A model generated the notes under the pieces. The model worked only from the letters and a program-made list of their open reading frames with translations. It did not search any database and was not told the origin of the DNA. The position numbers were made by a program, and so were the translations under genes. A DNA stretch of 64,000 nt, taken from contig CAZJYU010000012.1 of assembly GCA_964550305.1 (NCBI GenBank), positions 6,240-70,239 of the forward strand, in the 5' to 3' direction. This stretch comes from an uncultured Vicinamibacteraceae bacterium. GTDB lineage: Bacteria > Acidobacteriota > Vicinamibacteria > Vicinamibacterales > UBA8438. Positions 48,722 through 56,517 of this stretch are shown one piece after another; the first letter of the stretch is position 1; every line of letters begins with the position of its first letter.

Positions 48722-49842
48722 AGATTCCCTTCAAGGGATCGCCCCGCCCCACCGTCGGTGTCGAGCTCGAGCTGCAGATCATCGATCCCGACACGATGAA
48801 CCTGGTGGCGGGCGCCCCCGGGATCATCGAGCGCTCCGGTGACCCGAAACACGTCAAGGCGGAGTTGATCGAGTCGACGATCGAGGTCTGCAGCGACGTT
48901 TGCGCTGACATCGCCGAAGTGCGGCGTGACCTGACGGCGCGCGTCGCCCGCCTGCACGAAGTAGCGGACGAGCTCGGCTACGTGATCGCCTGCGCCGGCA
49001 CGCATCCCTTCTCGCGTTGGGGCGAGCAGACCATCACGCCGTCGGCCCGCTACCACCGGCTGGTCGAACGCTGCCAGTGGCCGGCGCGGCGGCTGATGAT
49101 CTTCGGCCTGCACGTCCATGTCGGAATCGAGAGCGGGGAAAAGGCAATCGCGCTCTTCAATTCGCTCACCACCTACCTGCCGCATCTGCTGTCGCTGTCG
49201 GCCAGCTCACCGTTCTTCAATCGGACGGACACCGGCCTGGCGTCATGCCGGACGAAGATTTTCGAGAGCCTGCCGACCGCCGGGCTGCCCTACCGCATGA
49301 TCAACTGGGCGGAGTTCCAGCGCCTGATGACCACCCTGGTCAATGCCAGGGCGATCGAGTCAATCCAGGAGATCTGGTGGGACATCCGGCCGCACCCCGG
49401 GTTCGGCACGGTGGAGGTGCGGGTGTGCGATGGGCTGCCGACGCTCGACGAAGCGATCACGGTGACGGCGTTGATCCAGGCGCTGCTCGTCTGGCTGGGT
49501 GATCAGTACGACGAAGGAATGTACCTCCCGGTGCACCGGCACTGGATCGTGCAGGAAAACAAGTGGCGTGCCGCGCGATGGGCGGTCGAAGCGGAAGTGA
49601 TCGTCGACGAGGAGGGATGTCTCGAGCGATTGGATGAGAATCTCGGGTCGCTGGTCGAGACGCTGATGCCGGTGGCAAGGCGCCTGGGCAGCGCCGACGA
49701 GCTGCGCCAGGTCGAGACGATGCTGCGCCTCGGGCCCAGCTACAGGCGGCAGCGGCAGATCTACCGCGAGACGGGCGACCACCGCGAGGTGATGCGGGCG
49801 CTCGTGCGTGAGTTCCGCGAGAACGCGCCGGTCGTTCCCTGA
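48718..49842 (+). CDS. ybdK: carboxylate-amine ligase (glutamate-cysteine ligase family 2, YbdK-like)
   Basis: 'PTVGVELELQIID', 'GTHPF', 'GLHVHVG' and 'WWDIRPHPGFGTVEVRVCD'. There is an ATGA overlap with the upstream stop. Confidence 0.85.
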   Translation: MKIPFKGSPRPTVGVELELQIIDPDTMNLVAGAPGIIERSGDPKHVKAELIESTIEVCSDVCADIAEVRRDLTARVARLHEVADELGYVIACAGTHPFSRWGEQTITPSARYHRLVERCQWPARRLMIFGLHVHVGIESGEKAIALFNSLTTYLPHLLSLSASSPFFNRTDTGLASCRTKIFESLPTAGLPYRMINWAEFQRLMTTLVNARAIESIQEIWWDIRPHPGFGTVEVRVCDGLPTLDEAITVTALIQALLVWLGDQYDEGMYLPVHRHWIVQENKWRAARWAVEAEVIVDEEGCLERLDENLGSLVETLMPVARRLGSADELRQVETMLRLGPSYRRQRQIYRETGDHREVMRALVREFRENAPVVP

Positions 49843-49876
49843 GCCCGGGTCCCGCTCCGCCCGAGCCGCCTCGCAG

Positions 49877-50698
49877 TCACCTTCCCCAGGCGAGCCAGCG
49901 GCCGTTACGCCGCTCGAGCGCGAGCGGCAGGCCGAAACAGCGCGACAGCGTGTTTGCCGTGAGCGCCTCGGGGATCGGCCCGGCGGCCACGATCCGCCCG
50001 CCCGCCAGCAGTAATGCGTGCGTAATACCGGGCGGGATCTCGTCGACGTGGTGGGTTACGAGGACAACCGCCGGGGCGGTACGGTCCGCCGCGATATCGG
50101 CCAGCATGGCGACCAACTGCTCGCGGCCGGCGAGATCCAGGCCGGCCGTCGGCTCGTCCAGAACCAGCAGAGCAGGTTCGGCCATCAGGGCCCGCGCAAG
50201 CAGCACCCGCTGCCGCTCCCCGGCCGACAGCGTCGCGTACCGCGCCCCGGCGAGCTCCCTGCATCCGAACCGCACCAGCAGTGCCGCGGCGCGGGTGCGG
50301 TCGGCGTCGTCATAATGGTGCCACCAGGGCGCCAGCGCGGCGTACCGGCCGCTCAGCACGATATCCGACGCGACGAGCCCCGGCCGCATGCGATCGGCGA
50401 GTGCCTGGCTCGTCATTCCGACCCGGGCGCGCAGGGCGCGCGCATCGGTGCGGCCGAACCGCTCGCCGAGCACATCGACGTCGCCGGCCGACGGATGCAG
50501 GTGCAAGCTGCCGATCCGGCAGAGCGTGGTCTTCCCGGATCCATTCGGGCCCAGGACCACCCAGCGTTCTCCAGGTTTCACCAGCCAGTCGATCCGATCG
50601 AGGATCGTCCGTCCATCCCGGACGAACGAGACGCCGGCCAGGCGAAGCACCGGGCCGGCGCCCGTCCCCGTCGATGCGGTGGGCCGCCGTGCGCGCAT
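49877..50698 (-). CDS. ABC transporter ATP-binding protein (stand-alone)
   Basis: Walker A 'GPNGSGKTT', signature 'LSAGERQR' and Walker B 'LLVLDEPTAGLD'. No permease gene is adjacent. Confidence 0.88.
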   Translation of the reverse strand: MRARRPTASTGTGAGPVLRLAGVSFVRDGRTILDRIDWLVKPGERWVVLGPNGSGKTTLCRIGSLHLHPSAGDVDVLGERFGRTDARALRARVGMTSQALADRMRPGLVASDIVLSGRYAALAPWWHHYDDADRTRAAALLVRFGCRELAGARYATLSAGERQRVLLARALMAEPALLVLDEPTAGLDLAGREQLVAMLADIAADRTAPAVVLVTHHVDEIPPGITHALLLAGGRIVAAGPIPEALTANTLSRCFGLPLALERRNGRWLAWGR

Positions 50699-50706
50699 GA
50701 CGTGAG

Positions 50707-50712
50707 ACTATA
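50707..50712 (-). promoter_or_regulatory. -10-like TATAGT, 8 nt upstream of the ATG at 50698; palindromic CTATAG core of an 18-nt divergent intergenic region
   Basis: The minus strand reads GGCC-TATAGT-CTCACGTC-ATG. The plus strand reads GACTATAGGCC-GTG (50717). Confidence 0.3.
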
Positions 50713-50716
50713 GGCC

Positions 50717-51796
50717 GTGCGCGTCAGGCGTCTTGCGGTTCGCCTTCCCAATTGGGTGGGTGACATCATGCTGGCCCGGCCGGCGCTTCACGCCATCCGC
50801 GCCGGATGGCCCGGGGCGTTTCTGCACGGCATGGCGCGCGAGGGCCATCTGGGTCTGGTCGAACGGCTGGGCCTGTTCGACCGGATCGACCCGGCGCCGG
50901 AGCCGGGTGTTCTGGTGCGCGCGCTGTCCGTCCGGCGGGCGGCGCGCGCCATCCGGGAGTTCGCCCCCGACGCGGCGCTGCTCCTGGCGCCATCGTTCGA
51001 GGCGGCGCTGGTTGCCCGGCTGGCCGGCGCGCCGCGCCGGATCGGTCATGACACCGATGGCCGGGGCCGTTTGCTGACCGACGCCGTGCCGCCGCGGCCG
51101 GAGGCGCATCGCGCAAATGAGTACGGGGACCTCGTGGACTGTCTGGCGCGTGGCGACGGTGTCCCTGCGGTCGGCATTGTGGACCGTCTGCCGCCGCTCC
51201 GCCTGACCGACGCGGACCGCACGTACGCCGCGCGGGTCGTGCGGCGCATGGCCTGGCCGGACGACTGCCGTCCCGTCTTCGTCAATCCCGCCGCCGCCAA
51301 GACGGCGCGCGCCTGGCCGGCCGATCGCTTTCGCTCCCTGGTGGAGCATCTTGCCGCACCCGCCGCGGCCAGCGGCCGGCAGGTGATCGTGCACGCGCGT
51401 CCCCCGTTCGAGGCGCCGGAGAGGTGGGCGGCGCTGCACGGCGTGGCGCTCGCGGGCGAGGCAACGCTTGTGGAGCTTGCGGCGCTCCTTGAGCGGTGCG
51501 CCCTCTACGTGGGAAACGACAGCGGACCGGCACATCTCGCGGCCGCGGGGGGCATCCCGACCATCACCCTGCACGGATCGAGCTGGCCCTTCCGGACCGG
51601 GCCGCGGGGGACGGGCGGCGGTCCGCCGCAGGTGGCGGTGACCGCCGCGTACCCCTGCTCGCCCTGCCGCGAGCGGTTCTTCGACGAGTGCCCGTCGCCT
51701 CCCACCGCTGACGGACGCCCCCCCTGCCTCGACGACATCCCCACCGTGTCGGTTATTCGGGCGGTAGAGCAGTTGCTCAGTCGAGTTTCGCCTTGA
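50717..51796 (+). CDS. GT9 ADP-heptose:LPS heptosyltransferase-family protein
   Basis: 'LPNWVGDIMLARPAL' and 'YVGNDSGPAHLAAAGGIPTITL'. GTG start. Confidence 0.85.
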   Translation: MRVRRLAVRLPNWVGDIMLARPALHAIRAGWPGAFLHGMAREGHLGLVERLGLFDRIDPAPEPGVLVRALSVRRAARAIREFAPDAALLLAPSFEAALVARLAGAPRRIGHDTDGRGRLLTDAVPPRPEAHRANEYGDLVDCLARGDGVPAVGIVDRLPPLRLTDADRTYAARVVRRMAWPDDCRPVFVNPAAAKTARAWPADRFRSLVEHLAAPAAASGRQVIVHARPPFEAPERWAALHGVALAGEATLVELAALLERCALYVGNDSGPAHLAAAGGIPTITLHGSSWPFRTGPRGTGGGPPQVAVTAAYPCSPCRERFFDECPSPPTADGRPPCLDDIPTVSVIRAVEQLLSRVSP

Positions 51797-52802
51797 GCGC
51801 GTTCAGTTCGGCGCGCAGGCGCTTTATCTCTTGCGCCAGCTTCGGCAGCCGGCCGAGCCAGCCCTGCTGCGTCTTGATGTCCTTGAGGGGCCGGGCGGGC
51901 GTGCCCCAGAACGGCTGGCCGGCCGGGACGCGCTTGCGCGACGGCACGCCGCACTGCGCGCCGACCATGGCGTGGTCGTCGATCCGGCAGTAGTCGGCGA
52001 TCCCCACCTGACCGCCGATAATCGCTTCGCGCCCGACGGTGGAGCTGCCGGCGATGCCGGTTTGTGCCGAGATGATGGCGTGCGACCCAATCCGGACGTT
52101 GTGCGCCACCTGGCAGAGGTTGTCGATCTTGACGCCATCGGCCACGGTCGTCTCGTCGAGGGCGCCGCGGTCGATGCAGGCGTTGGCGCCGATCTCGACG
52201 TCGTCGCCGATCTCGGCCTGCCCCACCTGCGGGATCTTCACCTGCCGCTCGCCGTCAAAGACAAAGCCGAAGCCGTCGGCGCCGATGACGACGCCCGCAT
52301 GGATGGTCACGCGGTCGCCGACGGTCACGCGGGGATAGATCACCACGTGCGGATACATCACGCAGTCTGCCCCGATCCGGGCGCCGGCGCCGACGTAGCC
52401 GCCCGGGAAAATCGTGGTGCCGGCGCCAACCGCCGCGCCTGCTTCGATCACGGTCCATGCGCCGATGGAGACCTCGGGCCCGAGTGTGGCATCCGGCGCC
52501 ACGACCGCCGTCGCGTGCACGCCGCGCGGCGGAAGCGACAGTGGGACCAGCCACTGCGCCGCGCGGGCGAACGCCACGCGTGGCTTGTCGACCACGATCA
52601 CCGTGCGGTCCGGCACATTTCCCTCCGGGACCAGAATGCAGGCCGCCCCGGCACTGGCCACTTCAGCGAGGTGCGAGCCTTCGGCGTAGGCGAGCATGCC
52701 GTCGCCTGCCCGCTCCAGGCTGCCGACCGTATGGATCTCCACCGCGCCGTCGCCGTGCAGCACGCCGCCGACATGGTCCGCGATCTCCTGGGCTGTTTTC
52801 AT
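51777..52802 (-). CDS. lpxD: UDP-3-O-acylglucosamine N-acyltransferase
   Basis: 'TAQEIADHVGG' is followed by long hexapeptide repeats and 'IPQVGQAEIGDDVEIGANACIDRGA'. I chose the ATG at 52802 (SD GGGAGG) inside listed ORF 51777..53006. Confidence 0.9.
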   Translation of the reverse strand: MKTAQEIADHVGGVLHGDGAVEIHTVGSLERAGDGMLAYAEGSHLAEVASAGAACILVPEGNVPDRTVIVVDKPRVAFARAAQWLVPLSLPPRGVHATAVVAPDATLGPEVSIGAWTVIEAGAAVGAGTTIFPGGYVGAGARIGADCVMYPHVVIYPRVTVGDRVTIHAGVVIGADGFGFVFDGERQVKIPQVGQAEIGDDVEIGANACIDRGALDETTVADGVKIDNLCQVAHNVRIGSHAIISAQTGIAGSSTVGREAIIGGQVGIADYCRIDDHAMVGAQCGVPSRKRVPAGQPFWGTPARPLKDIKTQQGWLGRLPKLAQEIKRLRAELNALKAKLD

Positions 52803-52878
52803 GGTGCCTCCCGGGCCATCGTCCCGGATGTCCGACCGCCACCACAAGGGTGCGCCGCGCCACCGCGACGGGCCGGCG

Positions 52879-53526
52879 TCAGTCGCCGCCCAGCGTGAGG
52901 GTGGTCGATCCGTCGGCGATCGTAATCGCGTGGCGGGTCCGGGCGCTTCCGGCCTGAACGTGGGCCGTGTAGGGACCGGGCGGCACCGCATCGAAGGTGA
53001 ACGCACCGTCTCGATCCGCTACCGTGGCATACGGTGTCGTGGTGACGACCACGCTCGCGCCCATCTGGGGATGGATGTCGCAGGCGACGACATACGTGCC
53101 GGGAATCTCGAAGTGGTGCTCGTAGGTGCCGCCGATCGGCGTCGAGATGTTGAAGACGGTCTCCTTCGTATCGATGTTGTAGACGCGGACGTTGTGCAGA
53201 ATATCCTCACTGTTGGTGAAATGGACCGGCTGGCCGACCGTGGCAAGCAGCACCGGCGGTTGGAACTCCATCGCGTACTGATCCATTTCCACCGGGTTCT
53301 CGGGGAGGGTGATCGGATCGTCCTCCAGGGGTTCGAGGATCACCACCGTGCGCGAGCCGTCGGTCGAGACTGGAGCAACGCCGGTCACCGGCAGAGTGCC
53401 GTCGGGCCTGGGCATGGCTGGCGCAGCGGGGGCCGGCTCGGCCAGTGCGGCCGGCTCCACGGGTTCACCGGAACAGGCGGGCAGGATGGCGCAGAGGCTC
53501 ATTACGGCGGCGATCCTCGATCTCAT
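52879..53526 (-). CDS. lipoprotein with a cupredoxin (type-1 blue copper) domain and a CarboxypepD_reg-like domain
   Basis: Lipobox 'ILPACSG'. T1Cu ligand pattern 'ILHNV...ACDIHPQM' (H...C-x2-H-x2-M). C-terminal 'DGAFTFDAVPPGPYT'. The ATG at 53526 lies inside listed ORF 52879..53616. Confidence 0.7.
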   Translation of the reverse strand: MRSRIAAVMSLCAILPACSGEPVEPAALAEPAPAAPAMPRPDGTLPVTGVAPVSTDGSRTVVILEPLEDDPITLPENPVEMDQYAMEFQPPVLLATVGQPVHFTNSEDILHNVRVYNIDTKETVFNISTPIGGTYEHHFEIPGTYVVACDIHPQMGASVVVTTTPYATVADRDGAFTFDAVPPGPYTAHVQAGSARTRHAITIADGSTTLTLGGD

Positions 53527-53532
53527 ACGGCA

Positions 53533-53538
53533 ATTATA
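53533..53538 (-). promoter_or_regulatory. Perfect TATAAT, 6 nt upstream of the ATG at 53526 (leaderless arrangement)
   Basis: The minus strand reads CCTCCG-TATAAT-TGCCGT-ATG. Confidence 0.4.
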
Positions 53539-53699
53539 CGGAGGCTGCGGCCCACAGGATCCGGGGTGGACACGGCCCGGAAGCCGGGCGGGCGTTACAG
53601 TTGATCCGGACGGCAAGTGGCATTACACTACCCCCGGGATTCTTGTAAACCGGGTCGTTCTGCGCGCGGGGGCGTGCGTCCGGCCCTGGAGGTGCTCAG

Positions 53700-54962
53700 A
53701 TGACGAAGGCGACCCTCACGCTTGCATTGGCGGCGGCGGCACTCGTGCTGGCCCTGCCTGGCGTCGCAGCCGCGCAGGCGGACGACGTGACGTTCCACAA
53801 GGACATCGAGCCGATTCTGCAGCGGTCCTGCCAGGTCTGCCATCGGCCGGACAACATGGCCCCGATGTCGCTCATGAACTATCAGGAGACGCGGCCCTGG
53901 GCCCGGTCGATCAAGAACAAGGTCGTGGCCCGCGAGATGCCGCCCTGGCACGTCGATCCGAACGTCGGCATCCAGGAGTTCAAGCAGGACCGATCGCTCT
54001 CGCAGGCCGAGATCGAGATGGTCGCGGCCTGGGTCGATGCCGGTGCGCCGCGCGGCAACCCGGCCGACGCGCCGGCGCCGGTGGAGCTGCCGGACTTCGG
54101 CGCCTGGCAGATCGAGCCTGACGTCATCGTGACCTCGCCGCCGCACACCGTGCCGGCCGAGGCGGGGGACTGGTGGGGCGACTACATCGTCGATTCCGGC
54201 ATCGCCGAGGATCGCTACATCAAGGCGATCCAGACCCGGGCGGGCGACCTGCGGGTAGTGCACCACGCGCTCACCTATGCGGTGACCGACCCCGACGCGC
54301 CGCTCAACGACAGCTCGAGTGACTTCTTCCTGAACGAGTATGCCGTCGGCAAGAACGCCGATGTGTATCCCGATGGCACCGGCAAGGTCTTCGAAGCGGA
54401 TGCACGCGTCCGGTTCAGTTTCCATTACCACTCGATCGGCGAGGAGGTAGTGGATCGGACCGACCTCGGCATGGTGCTGTACCCTGCCGGCGCGGAGCCG
54501 GAGAAGGTTCTCTACTCGCGGCAACTCGGCCAGGCCGGCGAGCTCGACATTCCCGCCGGGCAGATCACCCGGCACGATGGCTACACGACGATGTACCTGC
54601 CGGGCCGGCTGACCGGCTTCCAGCCGCACATGCACTTCCTCGGCAAGCGGCAATGCCTGGAGCTCATCTATCCCGACTCGTCGACGGAGATGGTGAGTTG
54701 CGTCAACTTCGACTTCAACTGGCACATCGTCTACAACTACGCGGACGAAGCGCAGCCGATCTATCCGGCCGGCACGAAGCTCCACGTCATCAGCTACCAC
54801 GACAATACGGAAGCCCATCGCGGCAACCTCGACGCCCTCAACTGGACGGGCGGCGGCAGTCGGACGATCGACGAGATGGCCTTTGGATGGATCAGTTGGT
54901 ACGACCTGACCGACGAGGAGTACGCCGCCGAGCTGGAGGCGCGTGCAAACAACAACGACTAG
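53700..54962 (+). CDS. secreted heme-c domain fused to a PHM/DBH-like (copper type II monooxygenase fold) domain
   Basis: Signal peptide. Heme motif 'CQVCH' with distal 'MAPMSL'. His/Met pattern 'VVHH' (aa 188-189), 'FHYH' (aa 242/244), 'PHMH' (aa 310/312) and 'DEMAF' (Met 393). The spacing resembles the CuH (H,H,H) and CuM (H,H,M) sites of peptidylglycine monooxygenase. Confidence 0.5.
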   Translation: MTKATLTLALAAAALVLALPGVAAAQADDVTFHKDIEPILQRSCQVCHRPDNMAPMSLMNYQETRPWARSIKNKVVAREMPPWHVDPNVGIQEFKQDRSLSQAEIEMVAAWVDAGAPRGNPADAPAPVELPDFGAWQIEPDVIVTSPPHTVPAEAGDWWGDYIVDSGIAEDRYIKAIQTRAGDLRVVHHALTYAVTDPDAPLNDSSSDFFLNEYAVGKNADVYPDGTGKVFEADARVRFSFHYHSIGEEVVDRTDLGMVLYPAGAEPEKVLYSRQLGQAGELDIPAGQITRHDGYTTMYLPGRLTGFQPHMHFLGKRQCLELIYPDSSTEMVSCVNFDFNWHIVYNYADEAQPIYPAGTKLHVISYHDNTEAHRGNLDALNWTGGGSRTIDEMAFGWISWYDLTDEEYAAELEARANNND

Positions 54963-54969
54963 TCTGGTC

Positions 54970-56031
54970 ATGACGAGGCACCTCCATCGCGAGGAGGCCG
55001 CCGCCCGGGTGGCGGCGGCCTCCGGCGCGCTCGCCGTTGCAGCGGGCGCCGTCCTCTTGCTCTTCGCGGCGGGACCCGCCGAGGCCCAGGTGAATCCGCG
55101 CGACGTGCCCCTCGCCTCGCAGCCGCAGCAGCGGTTCGACGGCGGACAGGACGTGCAGCCGATCTTCGAGGGCTGGACCCGCAACGAGGACGGCAGCTAT
55201 CTGTTCCACTTTGGATACCTGAACCGGAACTACCGCGAGCAGCCGCACCTCCCGATTGGCCCGGACAACCACTTCTCGCCGGGCGCCGAGGATCGAGGTC
55301 AGCCCACTTTCTTCTATCCCCGGACCCAGCGTTACCAGTTCACCGTGCCGATGCCTGCCGACACGGGGCCGAACCCGGAGGACGGCATCGTCTGGAACCT
55401 GACTGCGAACGGCAGCCACCAGCAGGCGTACGGTTGGCTCCAGCCGGAATGGGAGATCGACGAGAACACCATCACGTCGAACATGCGTACGAGTTTCGGC
55501 CGGCCCCTTGAACAGATGTTCGCGAACAGCCCGCCGGAGGTGACCGTTTCGGCGAGCGCGACGACGGTAAACGCCGGCGAGGCGGTAACCCTTACCGCCG
55601 CCATTACCGACGACGAGCTTCCGTCCGAGTTGCCGCCCCGCCCTCGGCGCCGCCGGTTGCCGGCACTGATTCCGCCGGATGACCTGCCGAAGGCGCCCGA
55701 CAACATCCAGTGGTACCGGCGACCCAGTCCCCCACGCAACGGGCTGTCGCTGCTCTGGGTGGTCTACCGGGGTCCTGCGGACGGCGACTTCGAGCCGTCC
55801 GGCTACCAGCGGTCGTTCGAGGAACAGGAGCTCGCCACCGAAGTGGATGGCGTCGAGACAGAGGCTACGTCCGCCGGTGTGCCCGCGACCCACGTCGACG
55901 GCGATGGCTGGACATCGGCGACCTTCGAGACGACCGTTACGTTCGACGAACCGGGCACCTACACGTTGCGCGCGTGGGCGGCCGACGCGATGTACCTGTC
56001 GCCGGGCGATCTGACGATCACGGTTCAGTAG
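54970..56031 (+). CDS. secreted hypothetical protein (Ig-like middle region)
   Basis: Signal peptide 'AVAAGAVLLLFAAGPAEAQ'. It follows the 53700 gene after a 7-nt gap. No catalytic motif recognised. Confidence 0.45.
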   Translation: MTRHLHREEAAARVAAASGALAVAAGAVLLLFAAGPAEAQVNPRDVPLASQPQQRFDGGQDVQPIFEGWTRNEDGSYLFHFGYLNRNYREQPHLPIGPDNHFSPGAEDRGQPTFFYPRTQRYQFTVPMPADTGPNPEDGIVWNLTANGSHQQAYGWLQPEWEIDENTITSNMRTSFGRPLEQMFANSPPEVTVSASATTVNAGEAVTLTAAITDDELPSELPPRPRRRRLPALIPPDDLPKAPDNIQWYRRPSPPRNGLSLLWVVYRGPADGDFEPSGYQRSFEEQELATEVDGVETEATSAGVPATHVDGDGWTSATFETTVTFDEPGTYTLRAWAADAMYLSPGDLTITVQ

Positions 56032-56488
56032 ACCTGTTCGTCCGCACGTTGGCGCTCGCCCGAGCCAGTTCCACCACGGCCAGCAGCAGGCATGCCGCGC
56101 CCGGCGGCACCAGCGCAATGCCGATTCCCGGGTCGCCGCTGTAGAACGCGACGCCGCCGAGGAAGAACCCGGCGGGCAGCAGCGCCGCGGCGGCGATGAG
56201 GAGCGGTGACGCCACCCGCACGTGCCGGCCGGACACCAGTTCCGGCAGGCTGCGCATCGCGACCCCGGCGACGACGTTAATCAGCGCCAGTAAGGCCCCG
56301 TGCGCGTGCGCCAGGGTCCACATCAGCCTCCGTGTTTCGTTCGACACGTCGAGGTAGAAACCTGCCTTGAAGCCGTGCAGCGCCTCGAGCGTCGCGCCAA
56401 GCGTCAGGAACACTGCGAGCCCCCAGAAGCCGAAGCGCAGGTGGCGGCGGACGTAATCGGGCGCGACGGGAGGCCGGGCGGGCGTCAC
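56018..56488 (-). CDS. small integral membrane protein (about 4 TM), function unknown
   Basis: 156-aa hydrophobic ORF with helices 'FWGLAVFLTLGATL', 'LLALINVVAGVAM', 'LLIAAAALLPAGFFLGGVAF' and 'ACLLLAVVEL'. It is the last gene of a minus-strand operon. Confidence 0.55.
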   Translation of the reverse strand: MTPARPPVAPDYVRRHLRFGFWGLAVFLTLGATLEALHGFKAGFYLDVSNETRRLMWTLAHAHGALLALINVVAGVAMRSLPELVSGRHVRVASPLLIAAAALLPAGFFLGGVAFYSGDPGIGIALVPPGAACLLLAVVELARASANVRTNRSTEP

Positions 56489-56517
56489 GAGGCGGCGGCT
56501 CCGGGCATCTGGTGTCG

